A DNA stretch of 11,837 bases from Candidatus Zixiibacteriota bacterium (GTDB taxonomy: Bacteria > Zixibacteria > MSB-5A5 > GN15 > FEB-12). This document shows, piece after piece, positions 1 through 8,244 of the stretch. The notes beneath the pieces are model-generated. The model searched no databases and had not been told where the DNA came from. It was given only the letters and a program-made list of their open reading frames with translations. Location: positions 1-11,837 of the forward strand of contig JBGSIV010000222.1 of assembly GCA_041742355.1 (NCBI GenBank). Reading direction: 5' to 3'. Position numbers and translations under genes: made by a program. Each line of letters starts with the position of its first letter. Within the stretch, counting starts at the first letter, position 1.

Positions 1-50
1 CCGTATTGCACCGTACGCTCCACAACACCGACAAAACCTTTTTGACCCAT
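1..50 (-). CDS. Possible 5' end of a gene running off the left edge
   Basis: GAGGAG (60-65) 9 nt before ATG 50; open frame MGQKGFVGVVERTVQY.. to the window end. Too short to verify. Confidence 0.2.
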   Translation of the reverse strand, partial: MGQKGFVGVVERTVQY

Positions 51-132
51 ACTCTGAGACTCCTCAGACTTATCCCTCAAAACTCCAAGAGTAAGAACTC
101 ATTACAGGGAAATCATCAACACATTTTGAGCA

Positions 133-1338
133 TTATGCCCGAAAAGACTCCCCTTCATTATTGAACACCAGGGTGCCAAGGGATTGCTCGCCGGCTGCCA
201 CATGGAACCGTATGCGCGAGCGAAGAGCAAAGGCCGGCAGCGAGGCGAGATAGTCGCCGTTACCGAGGTCCTCCATTGGACTGCATGTGACGTGTTGGCC
301 GGTAGCGGCGGCGCACAGGCGGCAACTGCCCGGTGTGATGATCGCGCCACCGTACGCCTCGACGTGGACTGGAAAGCTGCGCGTGCGATCGGGAAAGGCG
401 ATGAGCGGAACACCCTGAGGGAAGCTCACGTAGAGTCCCGGGGTGTAGTCATAGGTGTTGTCGACGGCACAGGCCGTGGCCAGAGCCGCCCTGGTCATCC
501 GGGTCAGGTAGTTCAAGTTCAGGTACTGCAGGCTGTCGTTGGGACTGCCGGCGACCGGGGAAGGCTCGTATTCGGAAACGCGGAGGGCACGAAAGCCGTT
601 GAATTCGAAGGGGTAGGTGGCTGCATCCCCCGAGCTCGAGTCCGGGATGACGTCGAGGTTCAGGCTCGGAAGGGAATCAGCGATGGCCGCCATCATATCG
701 GCGTACCGGCGGTCGCCGCGGAAGCCGAGCCGCGCTTTCACACTATCGGCTCCCCCTCCTATCTGATCCAGATTCAGGGCCAGGACGATGGAGTCGCTTT
801 GCCGCTTGATCCTGGTGGCATAGTTCCACGCACCCAGGTGAGCCCAGGTGCCGCCGTCAAAGAGCGCTGTCACGACAGTCATTCTCGTATCGACCTGACG
901 AAGGATCCTGGCTATTTCCAGGACGGCGGCGGCGCCACTACAGTTGTCATCAGCTCCGGGTGAACCTGGATTACTGTCGTACTTGGCCGAAATGACGATC
1001 AAGTGGTGAGGATGGGTGCTTCCCCGTTTGACGCCGATGACGTTTCCCTTGTACCTGTAGTCGAAATTGCAGCCCCATATACCGAGGTGGAAGTAGTCGA
1101 TGTAGGAGGAGTCGAGGTTCGCGGCACCCATCTTTTCGAAAATCCAGCTACGGGCGTCGTAGTCGTTACAAATCTCCTTGTCAAATGACTGGAGGGCCGC
1201 AACGTTGGCCGTGAGAGAATCCTGATCTATGAGACAGATTATGGAGTCAAGGTCAATGTCCTGGGCGGCTACGATTCGAATGGAAAATAAGGCAGACACA
1301 AGCAGGGAGAGGGTGAACCGCATGAGTGTAGCAGACAC
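133..1338 (-). CDS. Secreted M28-family (aminopeptidase-fold) protein with degenerate active site; possibly C-terminally truncated
   Basis: 401-aa ORF with GGAGG SD (1345-1349) 6 nt before GTG and a signal-peptide-like N-terminus. M28 scaffold motifs are present (NVIGVKRG, PGADDNCSG, LEIARIL, LNLDQIG), but AHYD is AKYD, GEE is GGT, SDH is GDA, and there is no YH(T/S) His. Confidence 0.8.
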   Translation of the reverse strand: MSATLMRFTLSLLVSALFSIRIVAAQDIDLDSIICLIDQDSLTANVAALQSFDKEICNDYDARSWIFEKMGAANLDSSYIDYFHLGIWGCNFDYRYKGNVIGVKRGSTHPHHLIVISAKYDSNPGSPGADDNCSGAAAVLEIARILRQVDTRMTVVTALFDGGTWAHLGAWNYATRIKRQSDSIVLALNLDQIGGGADSVKARLGFRGDRRYADMMAAIADSLPSLNLDVIPDSSSGDAATYPFEFNGFRALRVSEYEPSPVAGSPNDSLQYLNLNYLTRMTRAALATACAVDNTYDYTPGLYVSFPQGVPLIAFPDRTRSFPVHVEAYGGAIITPGSCRLCAAATGQHVTCSPMEDLGNGDYLASLPAFALRSRIRFHVAAGEQSLGTLVFNNEGESFRA

Positions 1339-1654
1339 GGGGGACCTCCAATCGACTTTCCTGTTGCGGCAACACTGCGTTCATAGCGCCGGTGGATCGC
1401 GACAGAGCCTTTTGGCGGAAGCGAGGAGTCTGGGTTCATCCGGATCGCCGGCACAAATGATAGACGAGAAAGACCATGTCGGAGTTGCATGGGAGATGAG
1501 AGGGGAAGTGATGTCGTTCGCCGCGAAGGTGCTGCTTCGGTCGTTTCATAGCACTTAGGAGGTGACAGCGCAGGGGCTATATGTCGATGCTGCGGCGATC
1601 AAGGGACCTTTTATGTGGTGATGGTACAGAGGCTTAGGAGGGGTACGGCTCGGA

Positions 1655-2794
1655 CTATTTCAGCAATCGGCGCGTGATTTCGTCGGCGAGATGGATGCCT
1701 TCATCGGATAGCCGCAGCACTCCCCGCTCCGGGATGAGGTGGCCCGACTCCACGAGAAGGGCGTACTGCCGCGGATCGAGCTGCGTTTCAATCGGGGCGC
1801 CGAAGCGGTCGGCGAAAGCCGCGCGGCTGATGCCGCGGGCGGTCCGCAGGCCCAGCATAATGGCTTCGGTCATGCGTTCCTCGGCGCCGGACTCATCGAT
1901 AGCGCGGGGGAGAATGCCCGCCTTGAGCGATGAGATATAATCGGCCACATTCGGCCAGTTGGCAAAACGGGTGTTGTCGAGAAACGAATGCGCCGACGGC
2001 CCCAGGCCGAGGAAACTGGTGCCATCCCAGTAGCTGAGGTTGTGTTTGCACTCGAAGCCGGGTTGCGCGAACGAGGAGACCTCGTAGCGATGGTAGCCGA
2101 GTTCGGCCATACGCTCGACACCGCCACGGTACAGCGCGAGGGTGAGCTCCTGGTCGGGCATCCGCACCGTGCCCCGCTGGACCCGGTGCCACAACGGCGT
2201 GCCTTCCTCGACCGTCAATTGGTAGAACGAGACATGGGGAGGCGCGAAATCAAGCAGTTGATCGAGATCTGCCGACAGCATCTTGGCCGTCTGGCCGGGC
2301 AGGCCAAAGATGAAATCGACGCCCCAGTTCTTAAATCCGAGAACATTCGCGTAGTAGATCGCCCGTTGGCTGTCGTGAGGATTGTGGCGGCGGTCAAGCA
2401 GCTTGAGCAGGCGCGTGTTGAATGACTGCACTCCGAACACCGGGCGGTTCACCCCGAAGGATTTGAGTGTTTCGAGGCTCTCCAGCGTGACGGCATCGGG
2501 GTTGCACTCGATCGAGAATTCAATGGTGTCGGCGACATCGACGTAGCGCCGCAAGTGTCCCAGCCAGTCGGCGAGCAGTTCGAGATTGGTCAGGTTGGGT
2601 GTGCCCCCGCCGATGAAGATCGTGGTGACCGTGTTCTGTTGGACGGACGGGTGTTCGGCGGCCAGCTCGGTCTCTATGCGCAGGGCATGGTAGAATTCGC
2701 GTTCGAGGTGCGCGTTGTGCTTTTCCTTGTAGAAATCGCAGTACGAGCACTTGTTGCGGCAGAAGGGAAAATGAACGTACAGTCCGAATGGCAT
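1655..2794 (-). CDS. hemW: Radical SAM heme chaperone HemW (HemN-like)
   Basis: LYVHFPFCRNKCSYCDF (CxxxCxxC), FIGGGTP, YEVSSF and the HemW-type HNLSYW motif. Start set at ATG 2794 (MPFGLY...), 2 nt after the lepB stop, rather than the track start at 2866. Confidence 0.92.
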   Translation of the reverse strand: MPFGLYVHFPFCRNKCSYCDFYKEKHNAHLEREFYHALRIETELAAEHPSVQQNTVTTIFIGGGTPNLTNLELLADWLGHLRRYVDVADTIEFSIECNPDAVTLESLETLKSFGVNRPVFGVQSFNTRLLKLLDRRHNPHDSQRAIYYANVLGFKNWGVDFIFGLPGQTAKMLSADLDQLLDFAPPHVSFYQLTVEEGTPLWHRVQRGTVRMPDQELTLALYRGGVERMAELGYHRYEVSSFAQPGFECKHNLSYWDGTSFLGLGPSAHSFLDNTRFANWPNVADYISSLKAGILPRAIDESGAEERMTEAIMLGLRTARGISRAAFADRFGAPIETQLDPRQYALLVESGHLIPERGVLRLSDEGIHLADEITRRLLK

Positions 2795-2796
2795 GG

Positions 2797-3522
2797 TTAC
2801 AGGGCATGGCCGATGCGATCCCAGCGGACATGGGTCGGGAAGTTGAACAGACCATACCCGATCCACTGGACGGCATCAACCACATAGGGGAAAGAGAATC
2901 CCGGCGCCTCGTCATCCGGCATCCACGACCAGTAGACAAACACCGCTTTGCCCCTGATGTTCTTCCGGGGCACGCCGCCCCAGAAGCGGCTGTCGCGGCT
3001 GTCGTCGCGGTTGTCGCCCATCACGAAAAACTCTCCTTCGGCGACCGTATACGGCCCGAAGTTGTCCCGGAACGAGAGATCCCCCGGGATGACCCGTTTA
3101 TCGATGTGCTGGGCGAGATCCGGAATCGCGGCTACCTGACCATCGACATACACGACCTTGTCGGCCACCACCACTTCCTGCCCCTGCAGCGCGACGATGC
3201 GCTTGATGTAATCCTTGGTGGGATTGTTGGGGTAGGCGAAGACGATGATGTCGCCGACTTTGGGTTCGCCGCCGTACTGGTAGGCCAGCTTGTTGACGAA
3301 GATGTAATCTCCCTCAAACAGCGAGCCTTCCATCGAAGAGGAGCTGACGCGGTAGGCGGAGACGACGAACACGCGCAGGAGGATCGCCGCGATCAGGGCG
3401 ATGAGTGCCGTGTCGAAATACTCGCGCCAGAGCGGTTTCGGCTCCCGGTAGCGGCGCACCTTGTCGGCCTCTTTGTAGGCCTGGGCGCGCTTGATGTCTT
3501 GAATCAGGAAATCCTCTTCCAT
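2797..3522 (-). CDS. lepB: Signal peptidase I
   Basis: Single TM helix followed by SSSMEGSL (catalytic Ser box), GDYIFVNK, YIKRIVA (catalytic Lys), GDNRDDSRDSR and IRGKA. Confidence 0.95.
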   Translation of the reverse strand: MEEDFLIQDIKRAQAYKEADKVRRYREPKPLWREYFDTALIALIAAILLRVFVVSAYRVSSSSMEGSLFEGDYIFVNKLAYQYGGEPKVGDIIVFAYPNNPTKDYIKRIVALQGQEVVVADKVVYVDGQVAAIPDLAQHIDKRVIPGDLSFRDNFGPYTVAEGEFFVMGDNRDDSRDSRFWGGVPRKNIRGKAVFVYWSWMPDDEAPGFSFPYVVDAVQWIGYGLFNFPTHVRWDRIGHAL

Positions 3523-3586
3523 GTTTTAGGTTATCGGTTCACCGGCGAATTTGCTTTAGCCGCCCACACGGCTAAAGACGACGATA

Positions 3587-3615
3587 TATATAACGTCGTG
3601 TCGCCGGGATCACAA
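3587..3615 (-). promoter_or_regulatory. Putative sigma70 promoter of lepB-hemW
   Basis: Minus strand TTGTGA-N17-TATATA, about 65 nt upstream of the lepB ATG. Confidence 0.45.
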
Positions 3616-3807
3616 GCGGGGCGAGTCCGGCCAAAACCGTGCCCCAGGGGACGGCGTACCGGTCGGACCGGCCCGTTCAGGCCAAGGGACCAGGTTTATA
3701 CCCCGCCGCGCCTGGAAAGTATCCAGGTCGGGTTCGGCTCGATCTATGATCCATAAAGTCCGCTTTTCTCGTCTGGTTGGGCGCATGCCCAGCAGGAAAG
3801 ATCTTCC

Positions 3808-3836
3808 TTGACAATCTTGTGAAGAACCATTAATGT
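3808..3836 (+). promoter_or_regulatory. Putative sigma70 promoter of the four-gene secreted cassette
   Basis: Perfect -35 TTGACA (3808-3813), 17-nt spacer, -10 TAATGT (3831-3836). Confidence 0.6.
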
Positions 3837-3917
3837 CTCAACAGGGATACGTGGACACACGTCCGTAGTATAAAAGTTTTACAATGGTTACAGGCTGTGA
3901 TTTTGGGAGGGCTCGAT

Positions 3918-4562
3918 ATGTTAGCACGGGTAGTCGGCGGACTAGTTTTCATTGGAGCGCTCTGTTTCCTGCCGACAGGATCATCCGCACAGCACTTTCG
4001 CAGGATGGATGACCGGCAGGCAATTGAGTTGACGATCGACATGCTGCGGAAGGGGATACAGCAAGAGGATACGGTAAAGATCGGTAGAGTACTGGCATCT
4101 CAAGTAACGGCTGGGGGCAAGAGCGTGCAGTCCAGGGAGGTTATGGTCAGCCGCTTTCAGGTGGTGTTCGAAAGCAGTAAGGCTGCAGATGTACCTTGGC
4201 AGCCTGTATCAACTGCCGGCAATATTCCTTTGCAGGCATCATCCTTCTGGGATTTCGATTTTGTCGAGCCGGTAATCGACATTGTCGGAGACACCGCGAC
4301 CGTCCACTGCGATTTGGTGCTGCGTGCTATGCCGACCGAATCGGGGGATCAGGGAACACTACAGACAATCAGGACTCAACTTCGGTTGGTTGCGCAAGGC
4401 GGGGGCCGCAAGCGGTCAATGTCCACGGACGATTTTCAACTCGTGTGGGACACAGGGGGTGCGCTCAAGGTACCGAGGTCATGGAAGGTAGTCGACCTCG
4501 GCTCCGTTATCGAGGTGCTGTCGATCCGATCGGTTAAGGCCCTTGAGGATACTCAAGAATAG
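3918..4562 (+). CDS. Exported hypothetical protein, probable NTF2/SnoaL-like fold
   Basis: GGGAGG SD (3905-3910) 7 nt before ATG 3918 and a signal peptide ending ..GSSA/QH. The pattern DRQAIE..I...IQQED...I..VL, then IDIVGDTATVHC and WKVV, resembles NTF2-like proteins. Confidence 0.7.
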   Translation: MLARVVGGLVFIGALCFLPTGSSAQHFRRMDDRQAIELTIDMLRKGIQQEDTVKIGRVLASQVTAGGKSVQSREVMVSRFQVVFESSKAADVPWQPVSTAGNIPLQASSFWDFDFVEPVIDIVGDTATVHCDLVLRAMPTESGDQGTLQTIRTQLRLVAQGGGRKRSMSTDDFQLVWDTGGALKVPRSWKVVDLGSVIEVLSIRSVKALEDTQE

Positions 4563-4573
4563 GGGGCAAGAGC

Positions 4574-5353
4574 ATGGCAAGCAGTTGGAGAGATCAGGCA
4601 AAGGTGATGTGCTTCATCCCACTGGTGGTGGTTCTCAGCGCTTGGGATGATTGCGAGCTGTTCTCAGGAGGTAATCCCGGTGGGGTGACCGAGACACCTG
4701 CTGAGTCGGGCCCCTTTTGGGATTCTGACGAGGACGGAATCAGCACAATAACGGAGCTTAATGAGCCGAACTGGGACCACTCCTTTGATACGACGGTTGT
4801 TGACTTTGATCCGACAATCGCCCACGGGGCTCCCAGCAACGGCTGGCTCGAGGGCGGGCTAAACTTGTGCGATACATCGGACGGGTGTTATCGCTACAAT
4901 CCCCAGGGGAAATCAGGAACCGACGAGTATTCCTATGACGATTGGGGGACTCTGGCCCTCCTCAACATGATTGAAGGGGCTGGTCGAGCATGGCGGATCA
5001 ATGGTTACAGCTCCGCGAAAATCGGAATGGGGGACTTAAGCTTGATGCAGGGTGGGACGGGTCTCGGCCACACAAGTCATGAGAACGGCTTGGATGTTGA
5101 TATTCGATATGTTCGCAATGACGGACAGCAGATAGGCCTCAATATTGCGTCAGTAGATAGCGTCTACTACGATGAAAGCCTGACTTGGGCGTTGCTAGAT
5201 CACCTTATAAGTCAAGGCAACGTTTGCGCCGTCTTTGTCGATACTCTCCACTGCAATTTGAACCATATCGGGTATTCCTTCATTACTCATTGGCCTGGAC
5301 ACAGCGATCACTTTCATGTTCGCATTGTCGATCCCGACGGAACGGGGAATTGA
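4574..5353 (+). CDS. Penicillin-insensitive murein endopeptidase-like protein (MepA / peptidase M74 family)
   Basis: GAPSNGWLEGG, WGT, GDLS...GG...GHTSHENGLDVDIRY and GHSDHFHVRI match the MepA H-x-S-H-x2-G-x-D-x-D and HxH zinc motifs. Hydrophobic N-terminus and a DSDEDG acidic motif before the domain. Confidence 0.85.
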   Translation: MASSWRDQAKVMCFIPLVVVLSAWDDCELFSGGNPGGVTETPAESGPFWDSDEDGISTITELNEPNWDHSFDTTVVDFDPTIAHGAPSNGWLEGGLNLCDTSDGCYRYNPQGKSGTDEYSYDDWGTLALLNMIEGAGRAWRINGYSSAKIGMGDLSLMQGGTGLGHTSHENGLDVDIRYVRNDGQQIGLNIASVDSVYYDESLTWALLDHLISQGNVCAVFVDTLHCNLNHIGYSFITHWPGHSDHFHVRIVDPDGTGN

Positions 5354-5365
5354 GAGGAGAGGACT

Positions 5366-6436
5366 ATGGACACAAGGAAGCGAAAGATCACCGGATTACT
5401 CCTATGCCTTCTATCACTTATCATCCTCGGAACAGCGCTCATGGCAGGTGGCGACGAGCCGAACGACACATTTGGCGAGAGTCTGTTTTCAATCGACCGA
5501 GAGGGAATTCACAGGCTTGACCCCCAGACGGGATCCCAAGAAGTGATCTTTAGCACAAGCGGGATGTACATGGTTCAGTTCATCATGGCACCGTCAGAAG
5601 CGCTCATCGCTGTACTTATCACTGAACCTGGTTTCACTCCTCCGGGCGCGGTTGACTACTCTGTGTTTCCCCGCAACCACATGGAGATCATAGACACCTC
5701 GGGCATAGTGCTTGCGAAGCTCGATGCGGACGTTCGGAAGTTTGCATGGAGCCCGGACGGCACGAAGATAGCCTATATTGCCGGCACTTACTACGAAGGA
5801 GGAATAGAGTTCATAACTACCGGGGTTGGGGTCTTTGATATTGCCAGTTCCCAGACCTCCGCCATCAACAAGGACTTCCCCCACAAGGCGCTGAATGGCT
5901 ACACCGGGGGCGAATTCAAAATCAACTGGGCCCGGCATGACGGCAACATATACCTGGAGGATATGGATCACTTCGGCGGGGCCTACTGCTATGACCCGGA
6001 TGCCGGCCGCTCTATGCCGCTGGCACGCCAAGGGATCGACTTCTCGCCGGATGGAACGTACTATCGGGAGACGCAAGACCCAGAGGGAGGGCCGCGGCAG
6101 GGGACGCATATTTTCCTCACTGCCACGGATGAGAATATCACCGATCGACTGATCAAGCGCTTCGGCCCGGACTGGGACCGTGTCTCCTTAAGCTGGGTCT
6201 TTGACCGGGGAAACTGCTTGCACGTGATCCGGCAGAGCAACACTTCAGTCAAGGTGAAGGAGCACTGGTACGAATGGCCGGTGGTAGTGAACGTGCTCTA
6301 CGACGTTGAGCGGGACAGCGTGGTGCGGGAAATCACCTGGCCGATCAGTCGTTGGACGGCCGGGCCGGACAAGCTGGTGCTGGAGAAAGACGGGAAGTTC
6401 GAAATCCTCACGTATGAGGACGTTTACGGAAAGTAG
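5366..6436 (+). CDS. Exported TolB-like/PD40 beta-propeller protein
   Basis: Purine-rich SD (GAGGAGAGGA). Signal peptide MDTRKRK plus a hydrophobic stretch. PD40-type motifs FAWSPDGTKIAY and FSPDGTYY. Confidence 0.75.
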   Translation: MDTRKRKITGLLLCLLSLIILGTALMAGGDEPNDTFGESLFSIDREGIHRLDPQTGSQEVIFSTSGMYMVQFIMAPSEALIAVLITEPGFTPPGAVDYSVFPRNHMEIIDTSGIVLAKLDADVRKFAWSPDGTKIAYIAGTYYEGGIEFITTGVGVFDIASSQTSAINKDFPHKALNGYTGGEFKINWARHDGNIYLEDMDHFGGAYCYDPDAGRSMPLARQGIDFSPDGTYYRETQDPEGGPRQGTHIFLTATDENITDRLIKRFGPDWDRVSLSWVFDRGNCLHVIRQSNTSVKVKEHWYEWPVVVNVLYDVERDSVVREITWPISRWTAGPDKLVLEKDGKFEILTYEDVYGK

Positions 6437-6492
6437 GCACGGGTTTGCTGTCGGGGATTCGCCCATGGCAGCGCGGAGGAGAGGCTAATGGT

Positions 6493-8121
6493 ATGGGAAG
6501 ACAAGAACTGAGGTCATTGGTTATTGCCGGCGTAATGGCATTTGGGGCTGCCGGTGGTGCAATTGGGCAGGAACAGAGTGAGTTCGCGTTGATCAGGGAG
6601 CCGTTCTTCACCAATCCTCTGATATGGAAGATGACGAAGGGAGTGACCAATACTCATTGGGGGAAGGACCTATTCGGTACACCGCAATCGGCATGCCAGA
6701 GCTACATCATGTCACCCAGCTACGAACTCTATACGGCCATGTCCTTTCAGGTCGACCGTGATTGGTGCAGATTAGTCTATCTGGAGACTCTGGCCGATTG
6801 GATTCGGGCGCACGGATCGGCGGGAGGCGCGAACTGCCAGATGCTTGCCCCCTCCAGTATCGACGGCACTGTCCCATGCGATGGGGAGACCGGCAGCTAC
6901 ATCTATTACCTGTATGTGGCGGATCTCATGAACAACCGCATCGTTCGCCCCCAATACCGCTGGGACACTCAAGTTTGGACCTGCAACACGCCGATCATCA
7001 GTACCAACCTGGAACGTCCTCGCGATCTTGATCTTAACGACAACTGGACCTTTTGGCCGGGCACCGATGACTACCTCTGGGTGCTCAGCGGTCGCCACAA
7101 GATCCTGCGGTACACGGTCGACGGTGTTCTTCATGCCACGCACGACTACCCCGGATGTGACGGTGCTGAGGGGACATTCTGCCGTGTGGCGGCAGTTGCG
7201 TCCGGGCGAAGCTACTGGGCGCCGCAGCCCTATTCCAATTGCGACGATCTCTACGTGGCCGACGTGGGTAACCGCCGCCTGGTTTGGCTTATCAAATGGC
7301 ATGGCGCGGAGCCTTTGGCGTGGATGGGTGAGGTCCCCATTTCTTCCACAGTCAGTGACATCGAGGTAGACTACATGGGGCATGTCTGGGTAACCGATCA
7401 AGCCGCCGGTACCATTACGAAGTACACCTCCGAACTCGAGCCGCTCTGTGTATTCGGTGGCACCGGGGTGGGAGAGAATCAGTTCATCGAGCCGGTTAGC
7501 ATATCCAATACCGCCGGGTACCTCGGGTGCGCCAACATGGCCGTTCTCGAGAAGTGGACAGACTCAAGCGGCGGCCGGTACTTCGCAATTGGTACCGATA
7601 TCGTTGATCTTACGATTAGTTCGGCGCCCGGTGAACATTCCCACGTGGTGGACTTCGTGCTCGTCGATCCGTCGGATGTCAGCGTCAAGGTGTACAACGG
7701 TCAAGGTCAGCTGGTAAAGACTCTTGTGGACGCGGCGCTCTGGTCTGGCACCTGCAGGTACACTTGGGATGGCAGGAATAGTGCCGGACAGGACCAGCCG
7801 ACCGGTGAATACTGCGTCACCGTAGTCGATACCAGTGCTGTCTGGAACGTGAGTGATAGCACTCCGGTGAATGTCGTTGTGCGGGAGCAGTGGGTACACC
7901 ATGTCGCCCAATGCTGTGCGCTTCGGGGTGATGTCGATGGTTCCGGGCATCACAACGTGGCCGATTTGACCTATCTTGTAGCATACCTGTTTCGGGGCGG
8001 GCCGGCTGCGCCCTGCTTCGAACACGCCGACATCAACGCCGATCGATCCATCACTGTCGCGGACCTGACATTTTTCGTGAACTTTCTCTTCCGTGGCGGA
8101 GCGGCTCCTCGCAGTTGTTAA
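6493..8121 (+). CDS. Exported NHL-repeat beta-propeller protein with FlgD Ig-like and C-terminal dockerin-like domains
   Basis: Start ATG 6493 (SD GGAGAGG, signal peptide ..AIG/QE). NHL motifs LYVADLMNNRI, LYVADVGNRRL, VWVTD and G.GENQF.EP. FlgD_ig segment VSVKVYN..GQLVKTLV..YTWDGRN..G...TGEY (~7678-7827). Duplicated EF-hand-like dockerin repeats GDVDGSG..NVADLTYL and ADINAD..ITVADLTF (7912-8118). Confidence 0.85.
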   Translation: MGRQELRSLVIAGVMAFGAAGGAIGQEQSEFALIREPFFTNPLIWKMTKGVTNTHWGKDLFGTPQSACQSYIMSPSYELYTAMSFQVDRDWCRLVYLETLADWIRAHGSAGGANCQMLAPSSIDGTVPCDGETGSYIYYLYVADLMNNRIVRPQYRWDTQVWTCNTPIISTNLERPRDLDLNDNWTFWPGTDDYLWVLSGRHKILRYTVDGVLHATHDYPGCDGAEGTFCRVAAVASGRSYWAPQPYSNCDDLYVADVGNRRLVWLIKWHGAEPLAWMGEVPISSTVSDIEVDYMGHVWVTDQAAGTITKYTSELEPLCVFGGTGVGENQFIEPVSISNTAGYLGCANMAVLEKWTDSSGGRYFAIGTDIVDLTISSAPGEHSHVVDFVLVDPSDVSVKVYNGQGQLVKTLVDAALWSGTCRYTWDGRNSAGQDQPTGEYCVTVVDTSAVWNVSDSTPVNVVVREQWVHHVAQCCALRGDVDGSGHHNVADLTYLVAYLFRGGPAAPCFEHADINADRSITVADLTFFVNFLFRGGAAPRSC

Positions 8122-8209
8122 TGCGCTGGCTGGGCTCGAGGGACTGCGACCAGTGTCCGACTGGGCAAGGTGACGGGAAAGACAGGAGATCGGCAATCCA
8201 TATTTGCCC

Positions 8210-8238
8210 TTGACAGCAATCCCCTGCACATCTATCTT
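8210..8238 (+). promoter_or_regulatory. Near-consensus sigma70 promoter
   Basis: TTGACA (8210-8215)-N17-TATCTT (8233-8238); predicted TSS ~8245. Confidence 0.75.
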
Positions 8239-8244
8239 ACTTAT

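Noticed and set aside
184..963. 259-aa plus-strand ORF
   Set aside because: Antisense shadow of the M28-like gene; no motifs, and expected in GC-rich coding DNA.
1554..1641. CTTAGGAGG direct repeat (1554 and 1633) and an 18-codon ORF from 1581
   Set aside because: Only two 9-nt copies, and the SD is too far from the ATG. Not CRISPR-like.
2795..2866. N-terminal extension of hemW in the ORF track
   Set aside because: Overlaps lepB. ATG 2794 gives a typical HemW N-terminus and translational coupling.
2788..3756. 322-aa plus-strand ORF
   Set aside because: Antisense shadow of lepB; no recognisable domain or SD.
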